Assembly (NCBI GenBank): GCA_965198005.1
Contig: CBDAOI010000004.1
Span: forward strand, 32,001-96,000
Length of the DNA stretch: 64,000 nucleotides
DNA from: Spirochaetia bacterium
Lineage (GTDB): Bacteria; Spirochaetota; Spirochaetia; SZUA-6; Bin103
Reading direction: 5' to 3'
Below, one piece after another: positions 9,388-19,574 of the stretch. The notes beneath the pieces were generated by a model. The model had not been told where the DNA came from, made no database searches, and worked only from the letters and a program-made list of their open reading frames with translations. The translations under genes and the position numbers were made by a program. The number at the start of each line of letters is the position of its first letter. The stretch's first letter is position 1.

Positions 9388-9431
9388 CCGGCGCTCCCGC
9401 GCCGCCGCTGCCCGCGCCCGGCCGCGCGGCC

Positions 9432-10235
9432 TCACATCTTGTTCGCGCAGCCGCCGTCGACGTTGATCACTTCGCCGGTGATGAAGCGCGCTTCGTCGGA
9501 CACCAGGAACAGCACCAGGTTGGCGACGTCGGCGGGGTAGCCCGGCCCCTGCACGATCTGGGCCAGGTCGAACATCTTCTCGAACACGTGATGGCCGCCG
9601 TCGGGATCGTTGATCGTGCCGCGCGTGGCTCCGGGGGTCATGATCTGGCCCGGCCGTACGCCGTTGACGCGGATGGCGTGCTCGCCGCCGATCCCGGCCA
9701 GATAGCGGGTGAACGCATCCACCCCCGCCTTGGCCGCCCAGTACGAGGAGCAGGTGGCGCCGAATTCGGCGCGCATGCGCGGACTCATGCCGCGCTGGGC
9801 GGCCAGCGACGACATGTTGACCACGGCGCCGCCGCCGGCCGCGATCAGGTGCGGCCACACCGCCTGGCTCATCAGGAACGTCCCCACCAGGTTCAGCTCG
9901 ACCACCCCTCTGAAGTCCGCCACCGTTTCGTCCGGAAAATTGCCGCGCGCGCCGCCGCCGGCGTTGTTGACCAGGAGGTCGATCCGGTCAAATGCGTCCT
10001 TGGCGTCGGCCACCGCGTCGGTCACCGAGTCCTGGTCGGTGACGTTGCAGGGAATGAACATCGCGTCGCCGCCGTTGTAGCGGATCGAGGCCTCCACCGC
10101 GCGCCCCAGCGGCTCGCGCCGCGCCATCAGGATGACGCGCGCACCCTCGCGCGCGAACAGATGCGCGATACCCTCGCCGATGCCGCTGTTGCCGCCGGTG
10201 ACGACCGCTACCTTACCGTCAAGTCTGCCTGTCAT
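9432..10235 (-). CDS. SDR-family oxidoreductase
   Basis: TGGNSGIG, NNAG and YWAAK motifs. Confidence 0.92.
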   Translation of the reverse strand: MTGRLDGKVAVVTGGNSGIGEGIAHLFAREGARVILMARREPLGRAVEASIRYNGGDAMFIPCNVTDQDSVTDAVADAKDAFDRIDLLVNNAGGGARGNFPDETVADFRGVVELNLVGTFLMSQAVWPHLIAAGGGAVVNMSSLAAQRGMSPRMRAEFGATCSSYWAAKAGVDAFTRYLAGIGGEHAIRVNGVRPGQIMTPGATRGTINDPDGGHHVFEKMFDLAQIVQGPGYPADVANLVLFLVSDEARFITGEVINVDGGCANKM

Positions 10236-10254
10236 GGGCCTACCATACCCCGGT

Positions 10255-11897
10255 TTACAGGTTCATCTCCACCTGCGCGCCGAAGGTGTGGTTGGTGGCG
10301 GTTGCGCCGCTCTCCAGGTTGCGGTTGCGGATATGCTCCAGACCGTAGTTGACGCGCCCGCGCACCGTCGCCGCCGGCAGCACCAGCCGGCCGACGACCG
10401 CGAACTCGAACTGGAACACCTCCTCCAGCAGGTCCTGCGTGAGGAAGGTGGCGCGGCGGCCGACGAAGGACGCCCTGCGGTCGACGTAGCCGTCGTCCCA
10501 GATCGTGCCGTCGTGGCCCGGGCGGTCCGACGCGTTGCCGTGACGAATGGCGCGGGCGCGCGCTTCCAGGTCCACCTCCGGCAGCGGGGTCACCACCGCC
10601 GCCAGCGTCCACTGGTCGGAATTGGGCGGCAGCCGGCTGCCCAGCGGCTGCGAGCGGTGGGTGTAGGTGAGGTAGTTGATCGGCTGGTGCCGGGAGTGGG
10701 TGTAGGTGTAGGGGGCCACGAACAGGTAGTCGAGCGTTATCACCCCGGGCAGCGGGTACGGCGCCCAGGCCACTGCCGCCAGTCCGGCGGTCTTGTTGTC
10801 CAGCGGGTTGGGGTTGAAGGTGGTGCCTTCGAACAACTGGAAGTCGTCGACGTACAGGGTGGCGGACAGGCTGAGATCGAACGGCAGCCGCAGGCGCGTG
10901 CTGATGCCACCGAACACGTTGTCGTAGTTCAGATTGTAGGGTTCGGTGAGCGCTGCGGTCGGCAGCAGCGCGTACAGCGAGATGCGCCCTCCGAACAGCG
11001 TGGCGGTGAACAGGTCGAAGCTCAGCCACGGCGACGGGTGCCACTGCACCGCGTGCACCATCAGGTACTTGGAGGGAAAGCGCCCGCCGTCGGTGAGCGA
11101 GCCTCGGAGCGAGTACCTCTGCCCCGGCTGTTCGCAGGCCCCGTGCGGTTTATTTTCCCACTGCAGACCGCCTGGTCGGCCAGCAGGTCCAGGAACGCGG
11201 CGGAGTAGATGAACGACTCGCTCCGATAGGTCACCGTCAGTTGCGCCGCCGGCGCCGCGCCGGCGCCCAGCACCACGCTGTCGTGCAGCGCCGAGCCGAA
11301 CGCGCGCTGCACGAAGCCGGCCTGCACGTGCACCGTGGGCGTCCCGAACGCGGCCAGCGCGCGCAGGTCGGCGCGCGCCTCGAACGGCTCGAAGTCGGGG
11401 CCGACGTTGTCGAACATGTAGGCGGGCGGCACCTGGTAACTCAGGCGCGGCTGGCGGATGCTCTCCCACCAGTAGCGGATGCCGCCGGCATAGGCGAACA
11501 GGCCGGGGCCCAGCGCCGTGGACTCGAGCCCGGCGCCGAACGCCACCCCCGACGCCGGCGTGTCGGTGCCGCCGGCCATCGCGATGCCGCCGAATCCGGT
11601 CACCGCGAACGGCGGACCGGCGTCGAGCAGCCGGCCGCGGGCGCGCGGCTCCAGCGCTCTCAGGTAGACCTCGGCCAGCGCCCGCGCCCGGCGGTCTCCG
11701 ACCCTGGCCACCCGCCGCAGCATCGCCGCCACCGCCTGCGGCGCGTAGGGGCGCAACGCCGGCAACGGCGCCAAGTACCCCTTGAGCTCCCACACCGCCA
11801 AGTGGCGGTAGATCGCGTCGTCCGGATCGTACAGCGACTGTGCGCCCAGCGCCGCGGCCAGGCCCAGGAACAGCCCCACGCCGGCCGCGGCCATCAT
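10255..11897 (-). pseudogene. Outer-membrane beta-barrel protein (Wzi-like), split by one frameshift near 11155
   Basis: Signal peptide and N-half lie in ORF 11061-11978; the C-half lies in ORF 10255-12045. The frames join at TGC AGT GGG AAA A|TAAA, one base short. Confidence 0.65.
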
Positions 11898-12045
11898 CCA
11901 GCGGCGAATCGTCACTCCCCAACTCACTGCCCCGTACCCTACACCGCCACGCCCCCGCCTGCACCCCCCGGCGCGCACGACGCTCGTCGTCCCCGCGCTG
12001 CAGCACGCGCTTAGTGGCGTCGCGTTGGGCGGGCCACCGGCGCAT

Positions 12046-12273
12046 TTATCGAGTTTGGGTCATCCGTTCCCGGAGTGCGGCGTTGATCAGCGTCTGGTAG
12101 CCCACCTTCTTGATCCCGGCGAGTTTCCGAAAATACAGCACTACGTCATCGTCCAGCCGGATCGTCACCGATTTCTTCTTCCGCGAATAGAAGCGTCCGC
12201 GCATCGCCTCCTTGCCGGAAGAGTCATACTCCTCCGGGAGTTCATAGTCATCCCAGTCAGATCGATTCTTCAT
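12046..12273 (-). CDS. brnA: BrnA-family antitoxin
   Basis: ELPEEYD...KKSVTIRLDDDVVLYFR...GYQTLINAALRE. Confidence 0.85.
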   Translation of the reverse strand: MKNRSDWDDYELPEEYDSSGKEAMRGRFYSRKKKSVTIRLDDDVVLYFRKLAGIKKVGYQTLINAALRERMTQTR

Positions 12274-12439
12274 ATTGCCGCTGCTCCCGCGGTGTCGCTC
12301 GACGTGCACTGATCAATCGCACGATTCCTTCGCCGCTCAGATGCAGCGGATCGCCGAACACCTCTGACGCCTCCTCCAACGAGACGCCGCGCTTGCGCTG
12401 ATTTGTGCGATTTTTGCGCTCATCCCATTCGAAGCGCAC
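12257..12439 (-). pseudogene. brnT: BrnT-family toxin with internal deletion
   Basis: VRFEWDERKNRTNQRKRGVSLEEASEVFGDPLHLS|GEGIVRLISARRAT; only 60 aa, central strands missing, KHG motif reads KRG. Confidence 0.75.
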
Positions 12440-12456
12440 ACTATTCGTTACGGCGC

Positions 12457-12547
12457 CAGGGTCAGGCCGAGCGCGCGGCGCACGCGCTGCGGCAGGTCGA
12501 GGCGCCGGGCGGCGGCGAAGTAGCCGGCCTTGAAGGCGAACCGCTTG
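12457..12547 (-). repeat. Internally deleted duplicate of the oppF-like gene at 26351-27160
   Basis: 12457-12502 matches 26525-26570 (41/46 nt); 12501-12547 matches 27088-27134 (45/47 nt); same orientation. Confidence 0.9.
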
Positions 12548-12586
12548 AAACGCTTGGTTGACGATCCACCCCATAGCCCGGCCAGA

Positions 12587-15500
12587 ATGGAGCCGGTGGG
12601 TAAACAGGGCGCGGCCAGCCAGCAGACGGTAAAGCACGCATGTACTCCCCGGCCGGGGACGTTTGACCCGAGCCGCCGTGACACGGTGCTCGATTTGACG
12701 GATCTGGTCGATGGGCGCATCGATCCGGCGGAGTTCTTCGCCGAGAACTACATTACCGAGGGTATGCGCACGCTGCTCACCGAGGGATCCCGACGGCTGG
12801 AGGGGAAGTCCACTCAAGGCGTGTTCAAGCTCACGCAGGCGATGGGCGGCGGCAAGACCCACAACCTGCTTGCCTTCGGACTGCTGGCGAAGCACCCGGA
12901 GTACCGCCCCGAGGTAATGGGCGGTTTCTACACTCCGGACGCCGACCTGGGGCCGGTGCGCGTCGTCGCCTTCTCCGGGCGTGAGAGCGATGCGCCGTTC
13001 GGCATCTGGGGGGCCATCGCCGACCAGCTCGGCCGGAAGGAGCAGTTCAGCGACTACTATGCGCCCCTGTCCGCGCCGGGACAGACCGCGTGGGTGAAGC
13101 TGCTCCAGGGTGATCCGCTGGTCATCATGCTGGACGAGCTGCCGCCGTACTTCGTGAACGCGGCGGCGAAGAGCATCGGCAACTCGGACCTGTCGGTGGT
13201 CACGACGACGGCCCTGTCCAATCTGCTGGTCGCCGTAGGCCGGGATGAGTTGCGCAACGTCTGCGTGGTGATTTCCGACCTCAAGGCGACCTACGGCGCC
13301 GGCGGCGCCCAGATCGTCGCGGCGCTGGGCGATCTGGAAGCGGAAACCGGGCGTAGCGCGATGAACCTGGAGCCGGTGCGGATGAACTCGGACGAGTTCT
13401 ACCACATCCTGCGTTGCCGCCTGTTCGACCGGCTCCCGGATGAAGCCGGGATCGAGGCCGTGGCGCAAGCCTACCGGAAGGCCGTCCGTGAGGCGAAGCA
13501 GATGGACGTCACCAACGCCTCGCCCGAGCAGTTCGCCGTCGACGTCAAGGAATCCTACCCGTTCCACCCGGCGATCCGCGATCTCTACGCCCGTTTCCGG
13601 GAAAACCAGGGCTTCCAGCAAACCCGCGGTCTGATCCGCCTGATGCGCATCGTGGTCTCGCGCATCTGGGCGTCGGACCACGATCCCTACCTGATCGCCG
13701 CCCACGACATCGACCTGGGGAGTCAGGAGACGCTCACCGAGATCAACCAGATCAACAACACGCTCGGCAACGCCATTGCCCATGACATCGCCTCCGGCGA
13801 TAGTTCGGTGGCGGAGCGACTGGACGCCAGCCAGAGCGGCGCCAAGGACGCCCAGGACGTAATGCGCCTGCTGCTGATCGCCTCGCTCGCCAACGTGCCG
13901 AACGCCCTAAAGGGCCTTACGGTGCCCGAGATCGTGGCCGCCCTGTGCGCGCCGGGCCGCGACGTGTCGCGCATCAAGAACGAAGTGATCGCGCGTCTGG
14001 CCACCGCCGCCTGGTATCTGCACAGCACCAACGACGGCCGCCTGCACGTGCGCAACGTGCAGAACCTGGTCGCCCGCGTCACCACCACCGCCGGCGCCTA
14101 TCTGCGCGACCAGGCCACGCGCGAAGTCACGGAACGGCTGAGGGAGATCTTTCGCCCTGACGAGGGCTCCTGCTATCAGCGGCTGTTACCGCTGCCGGCC
14201 GTCGACGAGATCGACGTCGGCGCCGAGCGCGTCACGCTGATCGTGGCGGAGCCGCACCCGGCCGGTCTGCACCCGGACCTGCGCACCCTCTACGATCAGC
14301 ACACCTACCGGAATCGGCTGTGCTTCCTCACCGGTCAGCGGGCCTTCGACTCGCTGCTCGAAAGCGCGCGCGAACTGAAGGCCGTTAACCAGATCATCAA
14401 GGAGATGCACGAGGAAGGCGTGGCCGACGGCGATACGCAGATGCAGCAGGCGCGGGATGATCTCCTGCCCCGGTTCCTGAACCGGTTCCACAGCGCCATC
14501 CGGGAGACCTTCACCACGCTGTACTACCCGACGCGTGACCGGCTCGCCACGGTGGACCTGCTGATGGAGTTCCGCGACAATCACTACAACGGCGAGGAAC
14601 AAGTGCGGGAGGCCCTTGCGGGCAAACAGAAGTACACCACCGACGTCGCCAGCGACACGTTTCGCCGGAAGGTGGAGGCGCGCTTGTTCACGCAGCAATC
14701 GATGCCCTGGGCGGAGATCAAGCGGCGCGCCGCGACCTCGCCGGGGTGGCAGTGGCACCGTGCGGACGCCCTCGACCGGCTCAAGGCGGACTGCCTGCAC
14801 AAGGACCTTTGGCGCGAGGAAGGCAGCTACGTCAACAAGGGTCCCTTCCCCAAACCGGCGTCGACGGTACGGATCCGGGAAGAGGATCGCGATGACGAGA
14901 CCGGGGAGGCGAAACTGCGTCTGCGCCCGATCAACGGCGATAAGCTGTACGCTGAAGTCGGGGCCACCGCCACGCCGGCTTCCCGCCGGCTCGATCCGAC
15001 GCAAGCCTTCGACACGGCAGACCTCCGTGTGTCGTTTCTGGCCGTGGACTCGACCGGGCAGCACGAAACCGGCGAACCGGTGGAGTGGACCAACCGCATC
15101 ACGCTCCGATCCCGGCAATACGCAGACGGCGAGTCGCGCATGGTGGAGATTCGTTCGGCGCCGCCGGGGACGCCGATTCGCTACACTACCGACGGCTCCG
15201 ATCCGGCGATCGCGGGTGGGGTGTACGACGGTCCGGTCGCCGTGCCGGAAGGCAGCCGTGTGGTGCTCGCTATTGCGGAGAAGGACGGCATCGTCTCCGA
15301 GCAGCTACACCGTGAAGTCGCCGACGCTCCGGTCAGCAGACCGATCGACCGGGCCGCGCCAACCACCTGGACGCCGGGGAACCGCCTCGAATTCACCGCT
15401 ACACGTTCGACCTACGACTTCATCGCTCGCTTGAAGAAGCACGACGCACGGGTCGGTGGGCTGCGGGTCACCATCCAGACCGCTGGCGCACAGACCTGGA

Positions 15501-15697
15501 GCGAGTTGAGCCTGTCCGACGACATCGAGCTGAACGGCGATGAACTGGAGCGGATCATCGAAGCGCTGCGACCGCTGGTCGACGCTGGTGAAGTGGCCAT
15601 TGACGCCAAGCGCGTGGGCTTCGAGACCGGCCAACGGTTTCTGGACTACGTCGCCGACGCACGGTTGCAATATGACCGGGACGACGTGACGCCATGA
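12587..15697 (+). CDS. DUF499 AAA+ ATPase of a restriction-like defence system
   Basis: QAMGGGKTH (Walker A), MLDELP (Walker B), YPFHP, FQQTRG, C-terminal IRYTTDGSDP; start taken as ATG 12587. Confidence 0.9.
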   Translation: MEPVGKQGAASQQTVKHACTPRPGTFDPSRRDTVLDLTDLVDGRIDPAEFFAENYITEGMRTLLTEGSRRLEGKSTQGVFKLTQAMGGGKTHNLLAFGLLAKHPEYRPEVMGGFYTPDADLGPVRVVAFSGRESDAPFGIWGAIADQLGRKEQFSDYYAPLSAPGQTAWVKLLQGDPLVIMLDELPPYFVNAAAKSIGNSDLSVVTTTALSNLLVAVGRDELRNVCVVISDLKATYGAGGAQIVAALGDLEAETGRSAMNLEPVRMNSDEFYHILRCRLFDRLPDEAGIEAVAQAYRKAVREAKQMDVTNASPEQFAVDVKESYPFHPAIRDLYARFRENQGFQQTRGLIRLMRIVVSRIWASDHDPYLIAAHDIDLGSQETLTEINQINNTLGNAIAHDIASGDSSVAERLDASQSGAKDAQDVMRLLLIASLANVPNALKGLTVPEIVAALCAPGRDVSRIKNEVIARLATAAWYLHSTNDGRLHVRNVQNLVARVTTTAGAYLRDQATREVTERLREIFRPDEGSCYQRLLPLPAVDEIDVGAERVTLIVAEPHPAGLHPDLRTLYDQHTYRNRLCFLTGQRAFDSLLESARELKAVNQIIKEMHEEGVADGDTQMQQARDDLLPRFLNRFHSAIRETFTTLYYPTRDRLATVDLLMEFRDNHYNGEEQVREALAGKQKYTTDVASDTFRRKVEARLFTQQSMPWAEIKRRAATSPGWQWHRADALDRLKADCLHKDLWREEGSYVNKGPFPKPASTVRIREEDRDDETGEAKLRLRPINGDKLYAEVGATATPASRRLDPTQAFDTADLRVSFLAVDSTGQHETGEPVEWTNRITLRSRQYADGESRMVEIRSAPPGTPIRYTTDGSDPAIAGGVYDGPVAVPEGSRVVLAIAEKDGIVSEQLHREVADAPVSRPIDRAAPTTWTPGNRLEFTATRSTYDFIARLKKHDARVGGLRVTIQTAGAQTWSELSLSDDIELNGDELERIIEALRPLVDAGEVAIDAKRVGFETGQRFLDYVADARLQYDRDDVTP

Positions 15698-16347
15698 GCG
15701 CAGCGTCCCGTGACCGGCCGCAGGGATTCGGGTTCCAACCCGAACAGTCGGAACACCACTTCGTCGTCACGATACCGGGCCGGGGGCGCGAGGAGGTGCT
15801 GATCGCCGAGTACCTGACTTTCGCGGCGGGAGGCGGCTACGCTCCACCGTCGCTCGGCATCGGCATCCAGGACGCCAAGCTGCGCGTCGCGCTGGCACGG
15901 CTCAAATGGGACGAGATAGCGGACGCGGCGCGGGTCGAGTTCAACCGGCGGCTGAAGAAGCACGGCTTGCCGAGCGGGCGCTGGAAACGGGGCGAGAATC
16001 CCGTGGCGCGGCTGCTCGGCAAGGAACTGACATTGCTGGCCTGGGCCGTTGAGGACGCTGATCCGGCACTCACTCCCACCGCCATCCGGAACTGGTTGGG
16101 CTTGGCGCCGGAGGAACGGTGGTGGCTGTTCACCATGACCAACGCTGCCACCGGCCATGCCCTGCACGGCAGGAACCGAGGCTGGCGCAAGGCGGTGCGC
16201 TTCGCACTCACCGAGAACCCGATCACCGCCGACAGTCGCGAGCGTCAGGCTGACCTGTTCCGACTGGTCGCGGCAGACCACGACGACTGGACCAACGGCC
16301 ATGGCCGCCGAACGCCGTCCGCCGCGGCGCCTCGGGCACCGACTTGA
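15694..16347 (+). CDS. DUF3780 protein
   Basis: GFGFQP...HHFVVTIP, LLGKELTLLAWA, EERWWLF and GWRKA motifs; ATGA overlap with DUF499. Confidence 0.88.
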   Translation: MSAASRDRPQGFGFQPEQSEHHFVVTIPGRGREEVLIAEYLTFAAGGGYAPPSLGIGIQDAKLRVALARLKWDEIADAARVEFNRRLKKHGLPSGRWKRGENPVARLLGKELTLLAWAVEDADPALTPTAIRNWLGLAPEERWWLFTMTNAATGHALHGRNRGWRKAVRFALTENPITADSRERQADLFRLVAADHDDWTNGHGRRTPSAAAPRAPT

Positions 16348-19300
16348 GGATGGCGGTTGCCCAATCCGAGCTCGGCTTGGGTGAACCGGCGCTCGCCGCC
16401 GAGTGGCCCAGTTTCATCGAAACCCAGCTCCCGGTCTCCCTGCTTTCCAAGGAGAGCTACAAGGAGCGCAAGGCAAACTACAGTCAGACGCTGACCGGCT
16501 TGGGCAAGTGGTGGGGCCGAAAGCCGTTGATCCTGGTGCGCGCGGTGATCCTGGGGCTGCTCCTGCCCGCATCGGGCGACGCTCAGAAGGATCGAGAGGT
16601 CTTTCTTACGCTGCTGACCATGGACGCCGAAGGACTGCGGCGCCGGAAAAACCAAAACATTCCCTTGAAGGACGTGTACCGGCGGCTCGATGAGCACGAA
16701 CGCGACGCTTGGTTCGCCGCTGATACGGACGCGCGCAGGTTCAGACTAAGGAAAGGTACGACCGCCGAGAAGCGGCAGCGATTGCAGCTACTGGTGTTCG
16801 ATCGGCTCAGCTACGACGACAAACTCTCCTACTGCCATCGTCCCGAGCACATTGACGGCCTTTCCGCCAGCGCTTGGGAGGAGGTCAATGCCCACCTTGG
16901 CACCACCGCCGCGAGCCTTCCCGATCTGGTGCGCGAGCTGGGGATGCGGCGGTTCGGGCGCGTGCCCCGCGTCGGCGACGCCTTCTGCGGCGGCGGCAGC
17001 GTGCCGTTCGAGGCGGCGCGCATCGGCTGCGACGCGTATGGCTCCGACCTGAACCCGGTGGCGGCGCTGCTCACCTGGGGCGCGCTCCACCTCGTCGGCG
17101 GCGGCGAAGCGGTAGCCGCCGCCGTGCGCCGCGCTCAGGAGCGGGCCTACGGCGCAGTGGATCGACAGATCACCGCGTGGCGCATCGAACACAACGAGGC
17201 CGGCTGGCGCGCCGATGCCTTTCTCTACTGTACCGAGACACGGTGCCCGGAGTGCGGCTGGATGGTGCCCCTGGCGCCAACCTGGATGATCGGGGAAAAG
17301 ACCCGCACCGTGGCCGAGTTGGAGCCGCAGTCCGAGCAGCGGCGATTCGCCATTCACATTCGTTCGAGCGCGACTCCCGCATCGATGGCCGCCGCCCGTC
17401 GCAGCGGGACGACGCGGCAGTCGCGCCTCATCTGCCCCAATCCGAACTGTGGCGCTTCGACTCCCATGGCAGCGATCCGCGGCGATCAGCGGGGCGAGGG
17501 TGGCCGCGGCTACGGGTTGCGGCCATGGGACAGCGGCGATCTGCATCCGCGCCCCGACGACGTGTTTCAGGAGCGTCTGTACTGCGTGCGCTGGCGGCTG
17601 CCGCGCCTGGACGAGTTGCTGTGGGCCGAGCAGAAGAAGGACGCGCAGGACGCACCGCTCCCGGACTGGGTGTCCCTGGAACACGCCATCGGTGAGCTGA
17701 CCGCCTTCCTCGATCCTGGCGGCCGCAGGGAGCTTGCCCGCCTGCGCAAGCGTGACTGGCTGGCCGAAGACACCGCGCTCGCCGCCGTGCGCCGCGATCT
17801 GCAGGACGCGCGGCGGAACTCCGTTACCCGTGATGTCGACCGGCTACGGTGCCGCGTGAAGGACCTCGAATCAGCCCGGAAGCGGCGTACGGCACTGGTG
17901 GCCGCACTGACGAAGGCGGTGCCGGGCGCGCTGTACCGGGAGGTTCGATATGACGATCTGGAGCGGGAGGCCGCCGTACTCGCTCTGTTGCGGAAGAATG
18001 TTGCCGATTGGCAACGACGGGGCGTTCTGCCGAGCCGCGCGATTGCACCCGGAGACGAGACCACACGTTTGATTCGCGAGCGCGGGTGGACCCACTGGCA
18101 CCACCTGTTCACACCGCGCCAGTTGCTGACCAACGGGCTACTGCTCAAGCAGCTTGAGATAGCGTCCACGGATCCGGAACGCGTCGCCATGCTCCTCGGG
18201 GTGGGCCGCTGTGCCGACTGGAACAGCAAACTGTCCAGGTGGTGGACAGACAGTGGTCATGAGAAGGTCGTTCAGACGTTCAGCAATCAAGCGCTGAACA
18301 CTCTGATGACCTTCGGTAGTCGTGGCTACGCCGCTCTGTCAGATTCCTGGTTCTTGGAAGGCCGTCCGCTGCATCTTCATGGACAGTCCGCCGTTACGGC
18401 AACAGATGTTCGTGCCGTCGATTGTCCTGCCGACATATGGATTACGGACCCACCCTATGCGGATGCGATCAACTATCACGAGCTGTCGGAATTCTTTCTC
18501 GCTTGGTACGAGAAAGCGCTACCCGCACGGTTCCCGGATTGGTACGCGGATAGTAAGCGCGCGCTCGCGGTTCAAGGAGCCGGTGGTGCGTTTCGTCGCG
18601 CCATGGTGGACAGCTATCGTAATCTAGCGGCACGGATGCCCAAAGGCGGTCTGCAGGTCGTCATGTTCACGCATCAAGATGCCGCCATCTGGGCCGACCT
18701 GACGCTGATACTGTGGGCTGCCGGTCTTCGCGTAACTGCTGCCTGGACCATCGGCACCGAGACACCCTTCGGCGCGAAGGAAGGCAACTACGTACAGGGC
18801 ACGGTGCTCATGGTGCTGCGCAAGCAGACCACGGACGACACCGCCTTCCTGGACGAGGCCGTGCCCGAAGTGGAAGCCGAGGTCGAGCGCCAGCTTGCCT
18901 CGATGCGCGATCTGGACGACCGCGACGCGCCCAACTTTTCCGATGCCGACTACCAACTCGCCGCCTACGCCGCAGCGCTGCGCGTGTTGACCGCCTACCG
19001 CGCCATCGAAGACCTCGATGTATCCTACGAACTGTCGCGCGAGCGTCGGCGCGGCGAGGCCAACCCACTCGCCCGGATCATCGAAGATGCGGTGCGAACC
19101 GCCAGTAATTTCCTCGTTCCCGCCGGCCTGCCGGCGCACGTATGGCGTCGCTTGACGCCGGAGGATAAGCTCTATGTCAAGGGTCTGGAGGTGGAGTCCC
19201 ACGGTGACTACCGCGCCGGCGTCTACCAGGAGTTCGCCCGCGGCTTCGGCGTCGCCGACTACCGCCGCCTGCTGCACACCGGCAAGGCCAACCAGACCCG

Positions 19301-19574
19301 GCTCAGGACCGCATCCGAGTTGCAGCGTGCCGACCTGGCCGACGCCGGGCTGCTCCGGCACGCCCTCTACGCCGTTTGGCGGGCCGCCGAAACCGGCGAC
19401 GTAACGGACAGCCTTACGTGGCTGCACACGGAACTCGCTGACGACTACTGGCCGCAGCGCGAGGCCCTGGGCGATCTCCTGCGCTACCTCGCCACTCGGG
19501 ACATCGACCACTGGCGCACCGACGCCGACGCCGCCCGCATGGTGGCCGGAGCCGTGGAGAACGATCATGTCTAA
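16344..19574 (+). CDS. DUF1156 adenine DNA methyltransferase
   Basis: KWWGRKPL, DAFCGGGS (motif I), CPEC and CPNPNC Zn ligands, TDPPY (motif IV). Confidence 0.92.
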   Translation: MRMAVAQSELGLGEPALAAEWPSFIETQLPVSLLSKESYKERKANYSQTLTGLGKWWGRKPLILVRAVILGLLLPASGDAQKDREVFLTLLTMDAEGLRRRKNQNIPLKDVYRRLDEHERDAWFAADTDARRFRLRKGTTAEKRQRLQLLVFDRLSYDDKLSYCHRPEHIDGLSASAWEEVNAHLGTTAASLPDLVRELGMRRFGRVPRVGDAFCGGGSVPFEAARIGCDAYGSDLNPVAALLTWGALHLVGGGEAVAAAVRRAQERAYGAVDRQITAWRIEHNEAGWRADAFLYCTETRCPECGWMVPLAPTWMIGEKTRTVAELEPQSEQRRFAIHIRSSATPASMAAARRSGTTRQSRLICPNPNCGASTPMAAIRGDQRGEGGRGYGLRPWDSGDLHPRPDDVFQERLYCVRWRLPRLDELLWAEQKKDAQDAPLPDWVSLEHAIGELTAFLDPGGRRELARLRKRDWLAEDTALAAVRRDLQDARRNSVTRDVDRLRCRVKDLESARKRRTALVAALTKAVPGALYREVRYDDLEREAAVLALLRKNVADWQRRGVLPSRAIAPGDETTRLIRERGWTHWHHLFTPRQLLTNGLLLKQLEIASTDPERVAMLLGVGRCADWNSKLSRWWTDSGHEKVVQTFSNQALNTLMTFGSRGYAALSDSWFLEGRPLHLHGQSAVTATDVRAVDCPADIWITDPPYADAINYHELSEFFLAWYEKALPARFPDWYADSKRALAVQGAGGAFRRAMVDSYRNLAARMPKGGLQVVMFTHQDAAIWADLTLILWAAGLRVTAAWTIGTETPFGAKEGNYVQGTVLMVLRKQTTDDTAFLDEAVPEVEAEVERQLASMRDLDDRDAPNFSDADYQLAAYAAALRVLTAYRAIEDLDVSYELSRERRRGEANPLARIIEDAVRTASNFLVPAGLPAHVWRRLTPEDKLYVKGLEVESHGDYRAGVYQEFARGFGVADYRRLLHTGKANQTRLRTASELQRADLADAGLLRHALYAVWRAAETGDVTDSLTWLHTELADDYWPQREALGDLLRYLATRDIDHWRTDADAARMVAGAVENDHV

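Noticed and set aside
11150-11162. Programmed -1 frameshift at GGGAAAA
   Set aside because: The heptamer is not in X XXY YYZ register relative to the upstream reading frame.
12257-13783. 508-aa ORF as a long BrnT fusion
   Set aside because: Most of it is the antisense shadow of the DUF499 gene; only the last 60 codons are BrnT-like.
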